Below are positions 17,337 through 26,030 of a DNA stretch of 64,000 nucleotides, piece by piece. The notes beneath the pieces were generated by a model that was not told the DNA's origin, searched no databases, and saw only the letters and a program-made list of their open reading frames with translations. The position numbers and the translations under genes were made by a program. The stretch lies in the NCBI GenBank assembly GCA_965242925.1, contig CBDEUM010000022.1:239993-303992 (forward strand), given 5' to 3'. Every line of letters starts with the position of its first letter. The stretch's first letter is position 1. The stretch comes from Roseibacillus sp. Its GTDB lineage: Bacteria > Verrucomicrobiota > Verrucomicrobiia > Verrucomicrobiales > Akkermansiaceae.

Positions 17337-18683
17337 CTAGGGCCCCAGCATCACGCGCAACCGGTAGAACATGTGCAGATCGGCCGGCTGATCGATTTCG
17401 TAATCTATGGTTTCCACACCCTCTCCCAATGAACGAACCAGCCCTACCCGGGTCAGACCGGTCACCGCGCTATAATTCGCGCTCTCCAGATCATCCGCGC
17501 CCTGGATCTCCCAGTTCAGTCCGCGCGCCGCCGCATCGAGGCGAATCCGCACCGTGAAGCGAATCTTGCCCTGTTGCCTCTTAAGCGAGAAAGGGCGCAG
17601 TGGCTCATCCACTGCGGAAGGATCGAGAGCCGCAAGGTACTCCACCGCATTGGGCCAGCTGTCGGACTCGGAATCGACATCCGGGGCCGTCCCGCCCGGC
17701 ACACCAAATCCGGTCATCCAGTCATCGAAGCGCTGGAGAGGCGTCTTGAGGGCATCGTCGAACCCCGGCTGGATAATGGCCTGGATGGCGGCTGCATTAG
17801 CGCTGATGCGGCTCACGTATGTCCGGCTCTCGTCCAGATCGTTGGCGGCCGTGACCAGGGTCCAGTCGTCACAGGCGCCATTGTCTTCACCCAGATAAAA
17901 ACCCGTCCCATCAAACATGGCCGCAAAAAATTCGGACTCGTCTCCACAGACCGCGTTGGTGTCGTAACCGGACTCCGCTGAGAAGAGAATCCCGGCCAAC
18001 CTCCACCTGCCAGCCCGCCTGATGAAGGCCGCTCCGCCAGAATCACCGAAAGTCGCCTGACATTCATCGCTACCCGCCACATCGTCGAAGTCGGTCACCA
18101 TCATGGGCCCCTTCACTCCCGCATCGCTAAACCCGTCAATGGTGTTCGTTCCCCAGCGCACCCGCATGTCGCCAGGACCCAAACGCCATCCCCGCGTCTG
18201 GTTCAACCTGGTCACTTCCGCCCCCCGCGGATACCCCCGGCCCATCATGACAACCTGTCTGCCAGCCTCGTTGGACCTGGTGTAAAGTGGTGCGTAGGCC
18301 GGGAATTCACCATAGACCTCGAAGATACGCAGATCCGTCCCGGGCACGTCCCTGGAACCGTTTCCGTTGTTGAAGCCGGGGTTGATGTAATAGACCCGGT
18401 CGCCGGTCTCCCCGGAGAACCAGGATTTCTGGACAAAGGTGGTCGGCCCCTTTCCGATGTGGATCGCGGTAATGAAGTGCCGGGGCGAGATCATCGTTCC
18501 GAGAAACTCCTTGTATTCCCCTTGGAAACGCCATCCGGAACCGGCTAGCGACCCGGTTGGCGCCGTCTCCCGATTGTGCTGCGGATCCCCCGTGTCAAAG
18601 AAGATGATGGCCTGCAGGGTCGGGGCGCTCAGCAGAAGAACAATACCGAGGAGGAGGGGAATCGGAAAATCTCTGGCAACCAT
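17337..18683 (-). CDS. Secreted trypsin-like serine protease with a verrucomicrobial C-terminal domain
   Basis: Signal peptide; catalytic triad motifs FITAIH, TDLRIF and GDSGGA; tail FDDW...DSESDSWPNAVEYLAALDP...FYRLRV. Confidence 0.75.
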   Translation of the reverse strand: MVARDFPIPLLLGIVLLLSAPTLQAIIFFDTGDPQHNRETAPTGSLAGSGWRFQGEYKEFLGTMISPRHFITAIHIGKGPTTFVQKSWFSGETGDRVYYINPGFNNGNGSRDVPGTDLRIFEVYGEFPAYAPLYTRSNEAGRQVVMMGRGYPRGAEVTRLNQTRGWRLGPGDMRVRWGTNTIDGFSDAGVKGPMMVTDFDDVAGSDECQATFGDSGGAAFIRRAGRWRLAGILFSAESGYDTNAVCGDESEFFAAMFDGTGFYLGEDNGACDDWTLVTAANDLDESRTYVSRISANAAAIQAIIQPGFDDALKTPLQRFDDWMTGFGVPGGTAPDVDSESDSWPNAVEYLAALDPSAVDEPLRPFSLKRQQGKIRFTVRIRLDAAARGLNWEIQGADDLESANYSAVTGLTRVGLVRSLGEGVETIDYEIDQPADLHMFYRLRVMLGP

Positions 18684-18826
18684 CGTGTTCAGAACTGAAA
18701 AACCATCCTTGGCAGGCTAACGGTCCGGCATCTCCTAGACTCCTTTACCATAGCGCCAATTTCCTTTTTCGCCACGTGCAATCCCGGAAGATTCACCCAG
18801 GACATTCCCCGCCGGGCAACTCCACC

Positions 18827-20023
18827 CTAACCGGCAACCCGTTCCACTCCCGCCCGTGCGCCTGCGCGGGCCTCCAGATCCGCTTCCAGCAGGGCCTCCA
18901 GGGAGGGAGAGTCCACCACCACGTGGTCGGTCATGACTTCTTCCACCAAACCCCAGATACGGGGGAAGGAAATCGCGCCCTTGAGAAAGGCCTCCACCGC
19001 CACCTCGTTGGCGGCATTCATCACGGCCGGCAGGGTCCCACAGCACTTCCCCGCCTCCCGAGCAAGACGCAGGGCAGGGAAGACGTCCTCCCGCGGTTCC
19101 TCGAAGTCAAGCCGTGCCAGGGCCGCAAAATCGAGGGGCTTGAGTGAGTGCTGCACGCGTTGCGGCCAGGTCACGGCATACTGGATCGGAAAACACATGT
19201 CGGTGGTGCTCACCTGCGCCAGCACACTGCCATCCACGAATTCAACCATGGAGTGCACGATACTCTGCGGATGAACCACCACCTCAACCCGATCCATTTC
19301 AACTCCGAAGAGCCACCGTGCCTCGATCATCTCCAACCCCTTGTTGAAGAGAGTGGCGGAGTCGATGGTGATCTTGGGACCCATCTTCCAAGTGGGATGG
19401 TTGAGGGCCTGTTCCGGAGTCACATCCGCGAGGCTCTCTGCGCTCGCCGTACGGAAAGGCCCTCCCGAGGCGGTCAGAAGCAGGCGCCGCACCGCCTCCG
19501 CTCCACCCGTATTACCCTCCAGGCACTGAAAAATCGCGTTGTGTTCGCTGTCAACCGGCAGAACCCGGACCCCGGATCGCTCGGCTGCCGCCATCACGAT
19601 CTCACCAGCCATGACCAGGATCTCCTTGCTCGCCACCGCGAGATCCTTGCCCGATTCGATGGCATCAAGGGCGGGTTGTAAACCTTCCGTGCCCACGATC
19701 GAGACCAGCACCATGTCCGCCTCGGGCAGGCGGGCCAGTTCCCGCAGTCCTTCCGTTCCGGCATGGACCACACTGCCCGCCGGGGCGGATTTGGCCACCG
19801 TCTCGCGCAGGCTCTCGTCCGCGATGGCAAGATGCTTCACTCCGAATTCCCGGGCCTGCTCAACCAGTTCCCCGGCCCGTCGGCCCGCCGCCAATCCCAC
19901 TACTTCCATGTGCTCCGGAATCTTCCGGGCCACCTTGAGAGCACTCGTCCCAATCGATCCGGTGGAACCGAGAATGACCACCTTCCTGGGCCGCGTCATC
20001 TGTCTTTCCGAGGAGTCGGACAT
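18827..20023 (-). CDS. dxr: 1-deoxy-D-xylulose-5-phosphate reductoisomerase
   Basis: LGSTGSIG, PVDSEHNAIFQ, LTASGGPF, HPTWKMGPKITIDSA and NAANE motifs. Confidence 0.98.
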   Translation of the reverse strand: MSDSSERQMTRPRKVVILGSTGSIGTSALKVARKIPEHMEVVGLAAGRRAGELVEQAREFGVKHLAIADESLRETVAKSAPAGSVVHAGTEGLRELARLPEADMVLVSIVGTEGLQPALDAIESGKDLAVASKEILVMAGEIVMAAAERSGVRVLPVDSEHNAIFQCLEGNTGGAEAVRRLLLTASGGPFRTASAESLADVTPEQALNHPTWKMGPKITIDSATLFNKGLEMIEARWLFGVEMDRVEVVVHPQSIVHSMVEFVDGSVLAQVSTTDMCFPIQYAVTWPQRVQHSLKPLDFAALARLDFEEPREDVFPALRLAREAGKCCGTLPAVMNAANEVAVEAFLKGAISFPRIWGLVEEVMTDHVVVDSPSLEALLEADLEARAGARAGVERVAG

Positions 20024-20039
20024 GAACTACGATTATGTT

Positions 20040-20948
20040 TTAGAGCCTCACCAGAAGGAGGTAGAAATAGGCAACCGGCAGAGAAAAGCACAGGCTGTCT
20101 ATGAGATCGAGGATTCCACCGATTCCCGGCAGGAGCTGTCCGGAGTCCTTCACCTGGAGACTACGCTTCAGGATGGACTCCGCGAGATCCCCCGCCATGG
20201 CCGCGAGAGCCACGAGCAGTCCAAGAACGGCGACATGATGGACTCCGAGCCAGTCGAGACGAGGTCCGCTCAAAGCATGAATGGCAAAGGCCCCTCCCTG
20301 CGCAAAAAAGAGGGAGCCTATGTAGCCTTCCCACGATTTGGCCGGACTGATGTGAGGGATGGCCTTGTGCCTGCCGATCAGGGTTCCTACGAGGTAGGCC
20401 CCCATGTCGGTGAACTTGGCCACCAGGACCACGAGGAGGACAAGCCAGAACCCGGATTCGACGGAGGGCGGCAGGAGCACAAGCCGGATGATGAAGCCGC
20501 CAAAGAGGATGGGAATGTAGACAAAGCCGAGAAGTGCGAGAGCAATCGCCCGCACCGAATCGTCGCCCTCGATGGGAAAACGCAGACGCAAGATGAAGGA
20601 TCCGATAGTGACCGCGAGCACTCCTGCCATCTCCGGCAGAAAGTCGGCTCCCCTCAGCGAATCAGGATCATTGAGGGCCTGGGTCACCAGCATTCCCAGA
20701 AAACCCGCTCCCACAATCAAAGCCCAGCGCCGGCACTCCTTCCCCGGTGCCTCCCTGGTCAGGACAAGATACTCGAAGCTCCCGAGGAGAGTGAAGGCTG
20801 CAACCAGTGCCACGAGGCCCCAGAGTGCCCCACTCAGAAAGACCGCCACCACGACACCCCAGAGGAGAATCGTGCTGGTAAACCGCGCCTTGAAGGATGC
20901 TACGCGGGGGGAACCCTTGCTGGGCGCGGACGCCATCGTGGAAGGCAT
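20040..20948 (-). CDS. cdsA: Phosphatidate cytidylyltransferase
   Basis: Polytopic membrane protein with DMGAYLVG, ISPAKSWEG and GDLAESILKR...KDSG..LPGIGGILD motifs. Start is uncertain (20948 or 20936). Confidence 0.93.
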   Translation of the reverse strand: MPSTMASAPSKGSPRVASFKARFTSTILLWGVVVAVFLSGALWGLVALVAAFTLLGSFEYLVLTREAPGKECRRWALIVGAGFLGMLVTQALNDPDSLRGADFLPEMAGVLAVTIGSFILRLRFPIEGDDSVRAIALALLGFVYIPILFGGFIIRLVLLPPSVESGFWLVLLVVLVAKFTDMGAYLVGTLIGRHKAIPHISPAKSWEGYIGSLFFAQGGAFAIHALSGPRLDWLGVHHVAVLGLLVALAAMAGDLAESILKRSLQVKDSGQLLPGIGGILDLIDSLCFSLPVAYFYLLLVRL

Positions 20949-21086
20949 ACAACCGCGTTGACCCCACCCACGCAATGCCAAATCCCCCCCTCGCCGCTCC
21001 TCCACCTGGAAAAAATCCGCAACCATGGGCTGACACCCCTGTTTTATCCCCCAGCACGGCCAAAACCCCGTGAACTAACAGACGAC

Positions 21087-21536
21087 ATGAAGAAGACACT
21101 CCAAGCATTCTCCCTGGTCCTGGGCCTCCTCGCCACAGGATCGATCAACTCCCTTGCTGAAGAAGACAAGGGCAAGAAAAAGCCCCGCGCCGAGCGTGGT
21201 GAGCGTCCCGAAGGCGAACGCCGGGGACCGCCCCGAGGCGGCGCCCGTCAGATCCCGAAGGAAATCCTCGAGAAATTCGATAAGAATGGCGACGGCAAGC
21301 TCGACGAAGACGAGCGCAAGGAAGCCCAGAGAGCCCGCAGAGCCGAGTTCCTTAAGAAATATGACAAGGACGGCGATGGCGAACTGAGCGAAGAAGAACG
21401 TAAGGAAGCCATGAAGGGTCGTCGCGGTCGTGGGCGTCCCCAAGGTGATCGCCCCGAAGGGGGTCGCCCTGAAGGCAAAAAGCCCGGTGGCAAAAAGCCC
21501 GGTGGCAAAAAAAAAGCCCGGTGGCAAGAAGCCTGA
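21087..21536 (+). CDS. Secreted EF-hand protein; probable frameshift in an A9 run near the 3' end
   Basis: Signal peptide MKKTLQAFSLVLGLLA; two EF-hand loops, DKNGDGKLDEDE and DKDGDGELSEEE; (GGKKP)n tail. Confidence 0.85.
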   Translation: MKKTLQAFSLVLGLLATGSINSLAEEDKGKKKPRAERGERPEGERRGPPRGGARQIPKEILEKFDKNGDGKLDEDERKEAQRARRAEFLKKYDKDGDGELSEEERKEAMKGRRGRGRPQGDRPEGGRPEGKKPGGKKPGGKKKARWQEA

Positions 21537-21575
21537 CGCCTGAAGCCAGACCACATCTGACAACTCCATCGATTT

Positions 21576-21608
21576 AAAGGCCGGGAGGATTTTCCTCCCG
21601 GCCTTTTT
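21576..21608. terminator. Intrinsic, probably bidirectional, terminator
   Basis: aaaggccgggagga-ttt-tcctcccggccttt-tt is a perfect 14-bp stem between convergent genes. Confidence 0.85.
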
Positions 21609-21738
21609 CTTGAGTTGTGGCATGAGACCGCCTGAGCCCTATCCTTTTTATTCGCACAGACTGCCCAGTGCCGTAAATACCCTCTACCGGGCCTCCCTCG
21701 GCACAAAACTCCTCTCTCCGCCCTCTGCCCGCGCAAGA

Positions 21739-22581
21739 CTAGCGCGCCCGCGCCTTCTGGCTGAGCAACTGGGAGACGGTCACGAACTTAAATCCCTTGG
21801 AAAGTAATCCATCCAAGGTGGCAGGCATGGCGTCCACGGTGGGGGCGTGCAGGTCATGGGCCAGCACGATCGACCCGTTAGTGGTACGGGTAAGGATACG
21901 ATTCTTGACCACGCTCACCCCTGGTCGCTGCCAGTCACGGGGATCAACCGCCCACATGATGGTTGGGTAACCGAACCGCTCCATGATCAGTTGGCGCTGC
22001 CGCTGGTAGATTGCGCCGTAGGGCGGGCGCATGGTCCGCGGCTGCACTCCGGTCGCATTCACGATGGAGCTCCGCGTTCTCGACATCTCGGCCAGAACCT
22101 GTGCATCACTAAGGGTCTTCAGATTGCGATGGGTATAGGTGTGGTTGCCGATTTCGTGACCCTCCGCCACAATCCGCCGGGTGAGATGCGGATAGATGTC
22201 CACGTTCTTGCCGATCACATAAAAGGTCGCCTTGATGTTGCGCCGCCTCAGGATGTCGAGCAGCCGTGGCGTGTTCCTGGCGTGCGGACCGTCGTCAAAA
22301 GTCATCGCGATATAGGGCTGGTGTCCCAGACCGCGGGAGTGCGTGATCCCAATTGACTTGGGGAAGCGAGAAGACAGGCTCACGCTCGGATTGCGGGCCG
22401 ACGGCCAGGCGTGATAGGGCGAACGGTAGCCGTTATTGGCCAGAGTGGAGGGCTTCTTCCCCTTGGAGTCGATTGAAGTGCAGCTACCGGTAAAGGCAAT
22501 CAGTACAGCCGCTGGAACAAGGATGAGAGGGCGGAGAAACATAGGCACGTGCTCGAAAGGGATGAACAAAACGGCAGCCAT
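21739..22581 (-). CDS. Polysaccharide/peptidoglycan deacetylase (CE4, NodB domain), probable lipoprotein
   Basis: TFDDGP, HEIGNHTYTH, RPPYG, DPRDW and LAHD motifs; FTGSC lipobox-like site. Confidence 0.9.
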   Translation of the reverse strand: MAAVLFIPFEHVPMFLRPLILVPAAVLIAFTGSCTSIDSKGKKPSTLANNGYRSPYHAWPSARNPSVSLSSRFPKSIGITHSRGLGHQPYIAMTFDDGPHARNTPRLLDILRRRNIKATFYVIGKNVDIYPHLTRRIVAEGHEIGNHTYTHRNLKTLSDAQVLAEMSRTRSSIVNATGVQPRTMRPPYGAIYQRQRQLIMERFGYPTIMWAVDPRDWQRPGVSVVKNRILTRTTNGSIVLAHDLHAPTVDAMPATLDGLLSKGFKFVTVSQLLSQKARAR

Positions 22582-22612
22582 ACTTACCGTTTTTGACGCT
22601 TGGTGTCACGAC

Positions 22613-23521
22613 TTAGTTCCCTTCGCCCTCCCCTTCCCTGTCCACAAAACGCGTCAAAATAGGATATAGAGCCTCAACTGCCTGCGGCGGCCAAACGTCC
22701 CGGGCAGTAACAATCGCGGTATCCAGCACCCGGTGTTCCGGCCAGTCCGCCTGACCTGGAATGCGGTCGATCGCCCGCCCCACGATTCTCTGGGCTGCCG
22801 TTGCGTTGGCCTGCAGGTGACCGATCACAGCCTCCACATTGACTTCCTCATCCTTCCAGCAATCGTAGTCCGTGACCATGCACAAGGTGGCCAGCGCGAT
22901 CTCCGCTTCCCGGGCCAGTTTCGCTTCGGGCAGGTTGGTCATCCCGATCACATCGAAGCCCAGTTTACGATTCACCTCACTCTCTGCCCGGGTGGAGAAG
23001 GCCGGTCCATCCATGTTGACATAGGTGCCGCCAAAGTGAACTTCCAGATCCGGCTCCTCAAGGGAGGCCTCCTGCAGGATGCGCCTCAGCGGAGCGCTCA
23101 CCGGCTCTCCAAAGGAGATATGGGCCGCGATTCCCTGTCCGAAGAAGGTGTGATGCTCCCGCCGACTGGTGCGGTCGAAATACTGATCGGGAATGACGAG
23201 TGCACGCGGGACATACTGCTCCTTCAGGCTGCCTACAGCGGTGACACAGATGATCCAGCGCACTCCCAGCGAGCGGAGAGCCCAGATATTGGCACGGTGA
23301 TTGATTTCGTGAGGAAGGATGCGGTGTCCCCTGCCATGCCTCGGCAGAAACCAAACCTGCCGCCCGCCCAGGGTGCCCCCGATGAGGGCATCTGATGGAG
23401 AGCCGAAGGGAGTTTCCACCACTCGCTCCTCGCTCTGTTGAAATCCCTCCATCTCGTAGAGTCCGCTCCCCCCGATTACACCGATAGCCGTTCCCTGTCC
23501 CTCTTTGTCCTCCTGCTGCAT
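22613..23521 (-). CDS. mtnP: S-methyl-5'-thioadenosine phosphorylase
   Basis: IGVIGGSGLY, FLPRHGRGH, GPAFSTRAES, IGMTNLPEAKLAREAE and VTDYDCW motifs. Confidence 0.95.
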   Translation of the reverse strand: MQQEDKEGQGTAIGVIGGSGLYEMEGFQQSEERVVETPFGSPSDALIGGTLGGRQVWFLPRHGRGHRILPHEINHRANIWALRSLGVRWIICVTAVGSLKEQYVPRALVIPDQYFDRTSRREHHTFFGQGIAAHISFGEPVSAPLRRILQEASLEEPDLEVHFGGTYVNMDGPAFSTRAESEVNRKLGFDVIGMTNLPEAKLAREAEIALATLCMVTDYDCWKDEEVNVEAVIGHLQANATAAQRIVGRAIDRIPGQADWPEHRVLDTAIVTARDVWPPQAVEALYPILTRFVDREGEGEGN

Positions 23522-23698
23522 GGCAATTTCCTACCATTGAAAAGGGGAAACAAGCCAGCTGTCCTCTTCAAAAACCTCTCCAAAAGAAACAGCTGTTGCT
23601 TCACCGCCGTAAATACTGGAATAGAAGCATGTCGATCCCGACCGATCCCTCGTGCTCCTTTCTCCGGTAGATTAACCAACCCGATCCGAACCGCCTTC

Positions 23699-24493
23699 AT
23701 GTCAGCCTCCCCGAAGTTCTCGCCTTCGGCTCCAAGCAGAACGCCCGCCACCCGGCTCCTCCTGTGGAGCAGGGCGCCCTTCTCCATCCTTTTTCTCCTC
23801 CTCGTGTCCGGACCGCTGAGTGCCCAGAATCCCGCTCCCCGGGGGCTACCAACCTCCCCCCGTGCCCGTGCTGCTGCCGAACGCGTACAAGAGGAGCTGA
23901 CCCGTGATCTCGCGGAGACCGGAATGCGTTACGGCAATCCGGTATTCATCCGCATCCTGAAGGAAGAGGGCCAACTCGAACTCTTCATGCAGGAAGTGGG
24001 CAAGGAGACCTTCAAACTCTTCCGCACCTATGACATCGTGGCCATGTCCGGTCGGCTTGGTCCCAAGGAACGAGAAGGCGACCTGCAGGCTCCCGAGGGA
24101 TTCTACTATGTCCCTCCCCGCCGCATGAATCCCCACAGCCGGTTTCATCTCTCCTTCAACCTCGGGTATCCCAATACCTACGACCGGGCCCACAACCGCG
24201 ACGGCAGCCATCTCATGGTGCATGGCAACCGCGTCTCAATCGGATGCTTCGCGATGACCGACCGGAAGATCGAGGAAATCTACACTCTCTGCCATGCTGC
24301 CCTGGCCAATGGTCAGAAGTTCTTTCGTGTGCACGCCTTCCCCTTCCGCATGACTGCAGGACGCATGGAGCAGGCCCGGACCAGCAGGTGGCATCCCTTC
24401 TGGAAGAACCTCGGGCAGGGCTACGATTTCTTCGAGAAAAACAAGGTTCCCCCTGATGTGCAGGTAACCGGGAAGCGCTACCTCTTCGATTAG
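23699..24493 (+). CDS. YkuD-family murein L,D-transpeptidase/amidase (YafK/DpaA-like)
   Basis: VFIRILKEE, GPKEREGDLQAPEGFY, FNLGYPN, LMVHGNRVSIGCFAMTD and FPFRMT motifs. Confidence 0.88.
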   Translation: MSASPKFSPSAPSRTPATRLLLWSRAPFSILFLLLVSGPLSAQNPAPRGLPTSPRARAAAERVQEELTRDLAETGMRYGNPVFIRILKEEGQLELFMQEVGKETFKLFRTYDIVAMSGRLGPKEREGDLQAPEGFYYVPPRRMNPHSRFHLSFNLGYPNTYDRAHNRDGSHLMVHGNRVSIGCFAMTDRKIEEIYTLCHAALANGQKFFRVHAFPFRMTAGRMEQARTSRWHPFWKNLGQGYDFFEKNKVPPDVQVTGKRYLFD

Positions 24494-24497
24494 AAGC

Positions 24498-25421
24498 CTA
24501 GCCAGTCTCCGGCATGAAGGTCGGCATGGTGACCCCTCGGAAGTCCCGGGCCTCCCCACGCACCTGGGCCACGTGCATCTCACAGTTGCGCGCGCCCCAC
24601 TGGTACAGCGATGCCACCAGACTCTCCGCGCGGGCCGGCACCAGAAAGACCGGCTGGCGATTGGGCATGGCGGCCAACTGCACCTGGATCAGGGCGAGGG
24701 CATCGGCGTCGGAACGCATGACTCCTGGTCCGAGCATGTTGCTCCCAGAATGATCGATTGAGCAGAGAAAGCCGTCGATGCCCCCTCCTGTGTCCTCGAT
24801 TACAAAGACCCGCCACACCTTCTGCTCGTTCCGGATGAAATACTCGTAGTCCTTGCTGCGCCGGATTCCGCTGATCTCTTCCTCCAGATCCACCATCGCG
24901 GCCACATCGTCCATGACCGCCTCCCGCACGCGCTCTGCTCCGGGCGGTGCCTCGGGAGGGGGCTTGTTCGCCGGCAGGCAGATATCCTGGTACAACTCCC
25001 GCGGGGAAAACCCCGCCCGCGTGTAGAGGGAATAGGAGTCAAGGTTCATGCAACTGGAGACCAGGCGCACCGGCAGGCTCCCGGCCCGGCGGATGATCTC
25101 GGCCAGCAACGCCCGCGCCACACCCCGGCCTGCGAAATCCGGATGGGCATTCATGATTCCAAGGGACACGTGCGTCTCCCGGGGATGATAGAAACAGGAT
25201 CCCATCAAGCGTCCATCCTCCTCCTCCGCCACCAGGCAACACCCCGGATCGAGGGCCTCGTAGACTTCGGGGAAGACCAGGCAGCCGGAGGCATCATCCC
25301 GCTGAAAGATCGAACGGTTGAGGTTGGCCTCATACCAGGCGTTGGTTGAAACATGGATCAACTCCGCCACTGCCATCCACTCGTCGCTGTGCAATTCCCG
25401 GATCCTCATTGGATTCGTCAT
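24498..25421 (-). CDS. GNAT family N-acetyltransferase
   Basis: HPDFAGRGVARALL acetyl-CoA motif and SLYTRAGF. Start is inferred. Confidence 0.8.
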   Translation of the reverse strand: MTNPMRIRELHSDEWMAVAELIHVSTNAWYEANLNRSIFQRDDASGCLVFPEVYEALDPGCCLVAEEEDGRLMGSCFYHPRETHVSLGIMNAHPDFAGRGVARALLAEIIRRAGSLPVRLVSSCMNLDSYSLYTRAGFSPRELYQDICLPANKPPPEAPPGAERVREAVMDDVAAMVDLEEEISGIRRSKDYEYFIRNEQKVWRVFVIEDTGGGIDGFLCSIDHSGSNMLGPGVMRSDADALALIQVQLAAMPNRQPVFLVPARAESLVASLYQWGARNCEMHVAQVRGEARDFRGVTMPTFMPETG

Positions 25422-26030
25422 AGCGCAGACAGGCCGGATGCTCCAAACCTCAAATCCCGGCGGGGCCGGCAATTGAAGCCGATACAGTCCGGACCAATGC
25501 TCCACGCAACCACCCTGCCACGCTCTTCATCTCAACCGAACAAGGTGTTCCGGACAAGTGGGCATGAATCGACGGTCCCTGCTCCGTTAGCCCCTACGGG
25601 ATCCACTGCCAGGCTGCACAAAGATGAAACTGCAGGCCTCAACCCTTGTCCGAACTGCCGTTCCCAGCCTTCCCCGCATTACGACCGCGGAAGACCCCAC
25701 CGTCTTCGCAAAGGACCACAAGGCAATTCCGGTCATGGCACGGAAGGAGCCCTGGTTCCAGCTTATCGCCTCATCCGATGACATCCCATGCTGTGCCAGC
25801 CGGGGCGGGCGGATGGCCGCGTGGCGCCCGTAGACCCCACAGGGAATGTGAAGGATGGGCTACCGGATTCTTGCCCCCGGTGTATATTTCAGGCAGGAGG
25901 CTGTGACTGGCAGCAAGCAGTCGAAGTCTCCTCTCGATCGTCCGCCTCCAGTTTCGGGTTGGCGACCCGGAATATGATGGGACCTTGCGATGCCCTCATC
26001 CGCTGATAGAACCGGAGGCGGATCTCCTCG

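Noticed and set aside
19539..21086. 665-aa ORF 19539-21536 and other long antisense ORFs (e.g. 5938-7224, 42653-44566, 52389-54431, 55980-57968, 61018-63276)
   Set aside because: Shadow frames of well-supported opposite-strand genes in GC-rich DNA; only 21087-21536 of the first is a credible gene.
25564..25833. Decayed Tat-exported or sulfatase-like gene (MNRRSLLR* ... KEPWFQLIA)
   Set aside because: Resemblance is too short and weak to support without BLASTX.
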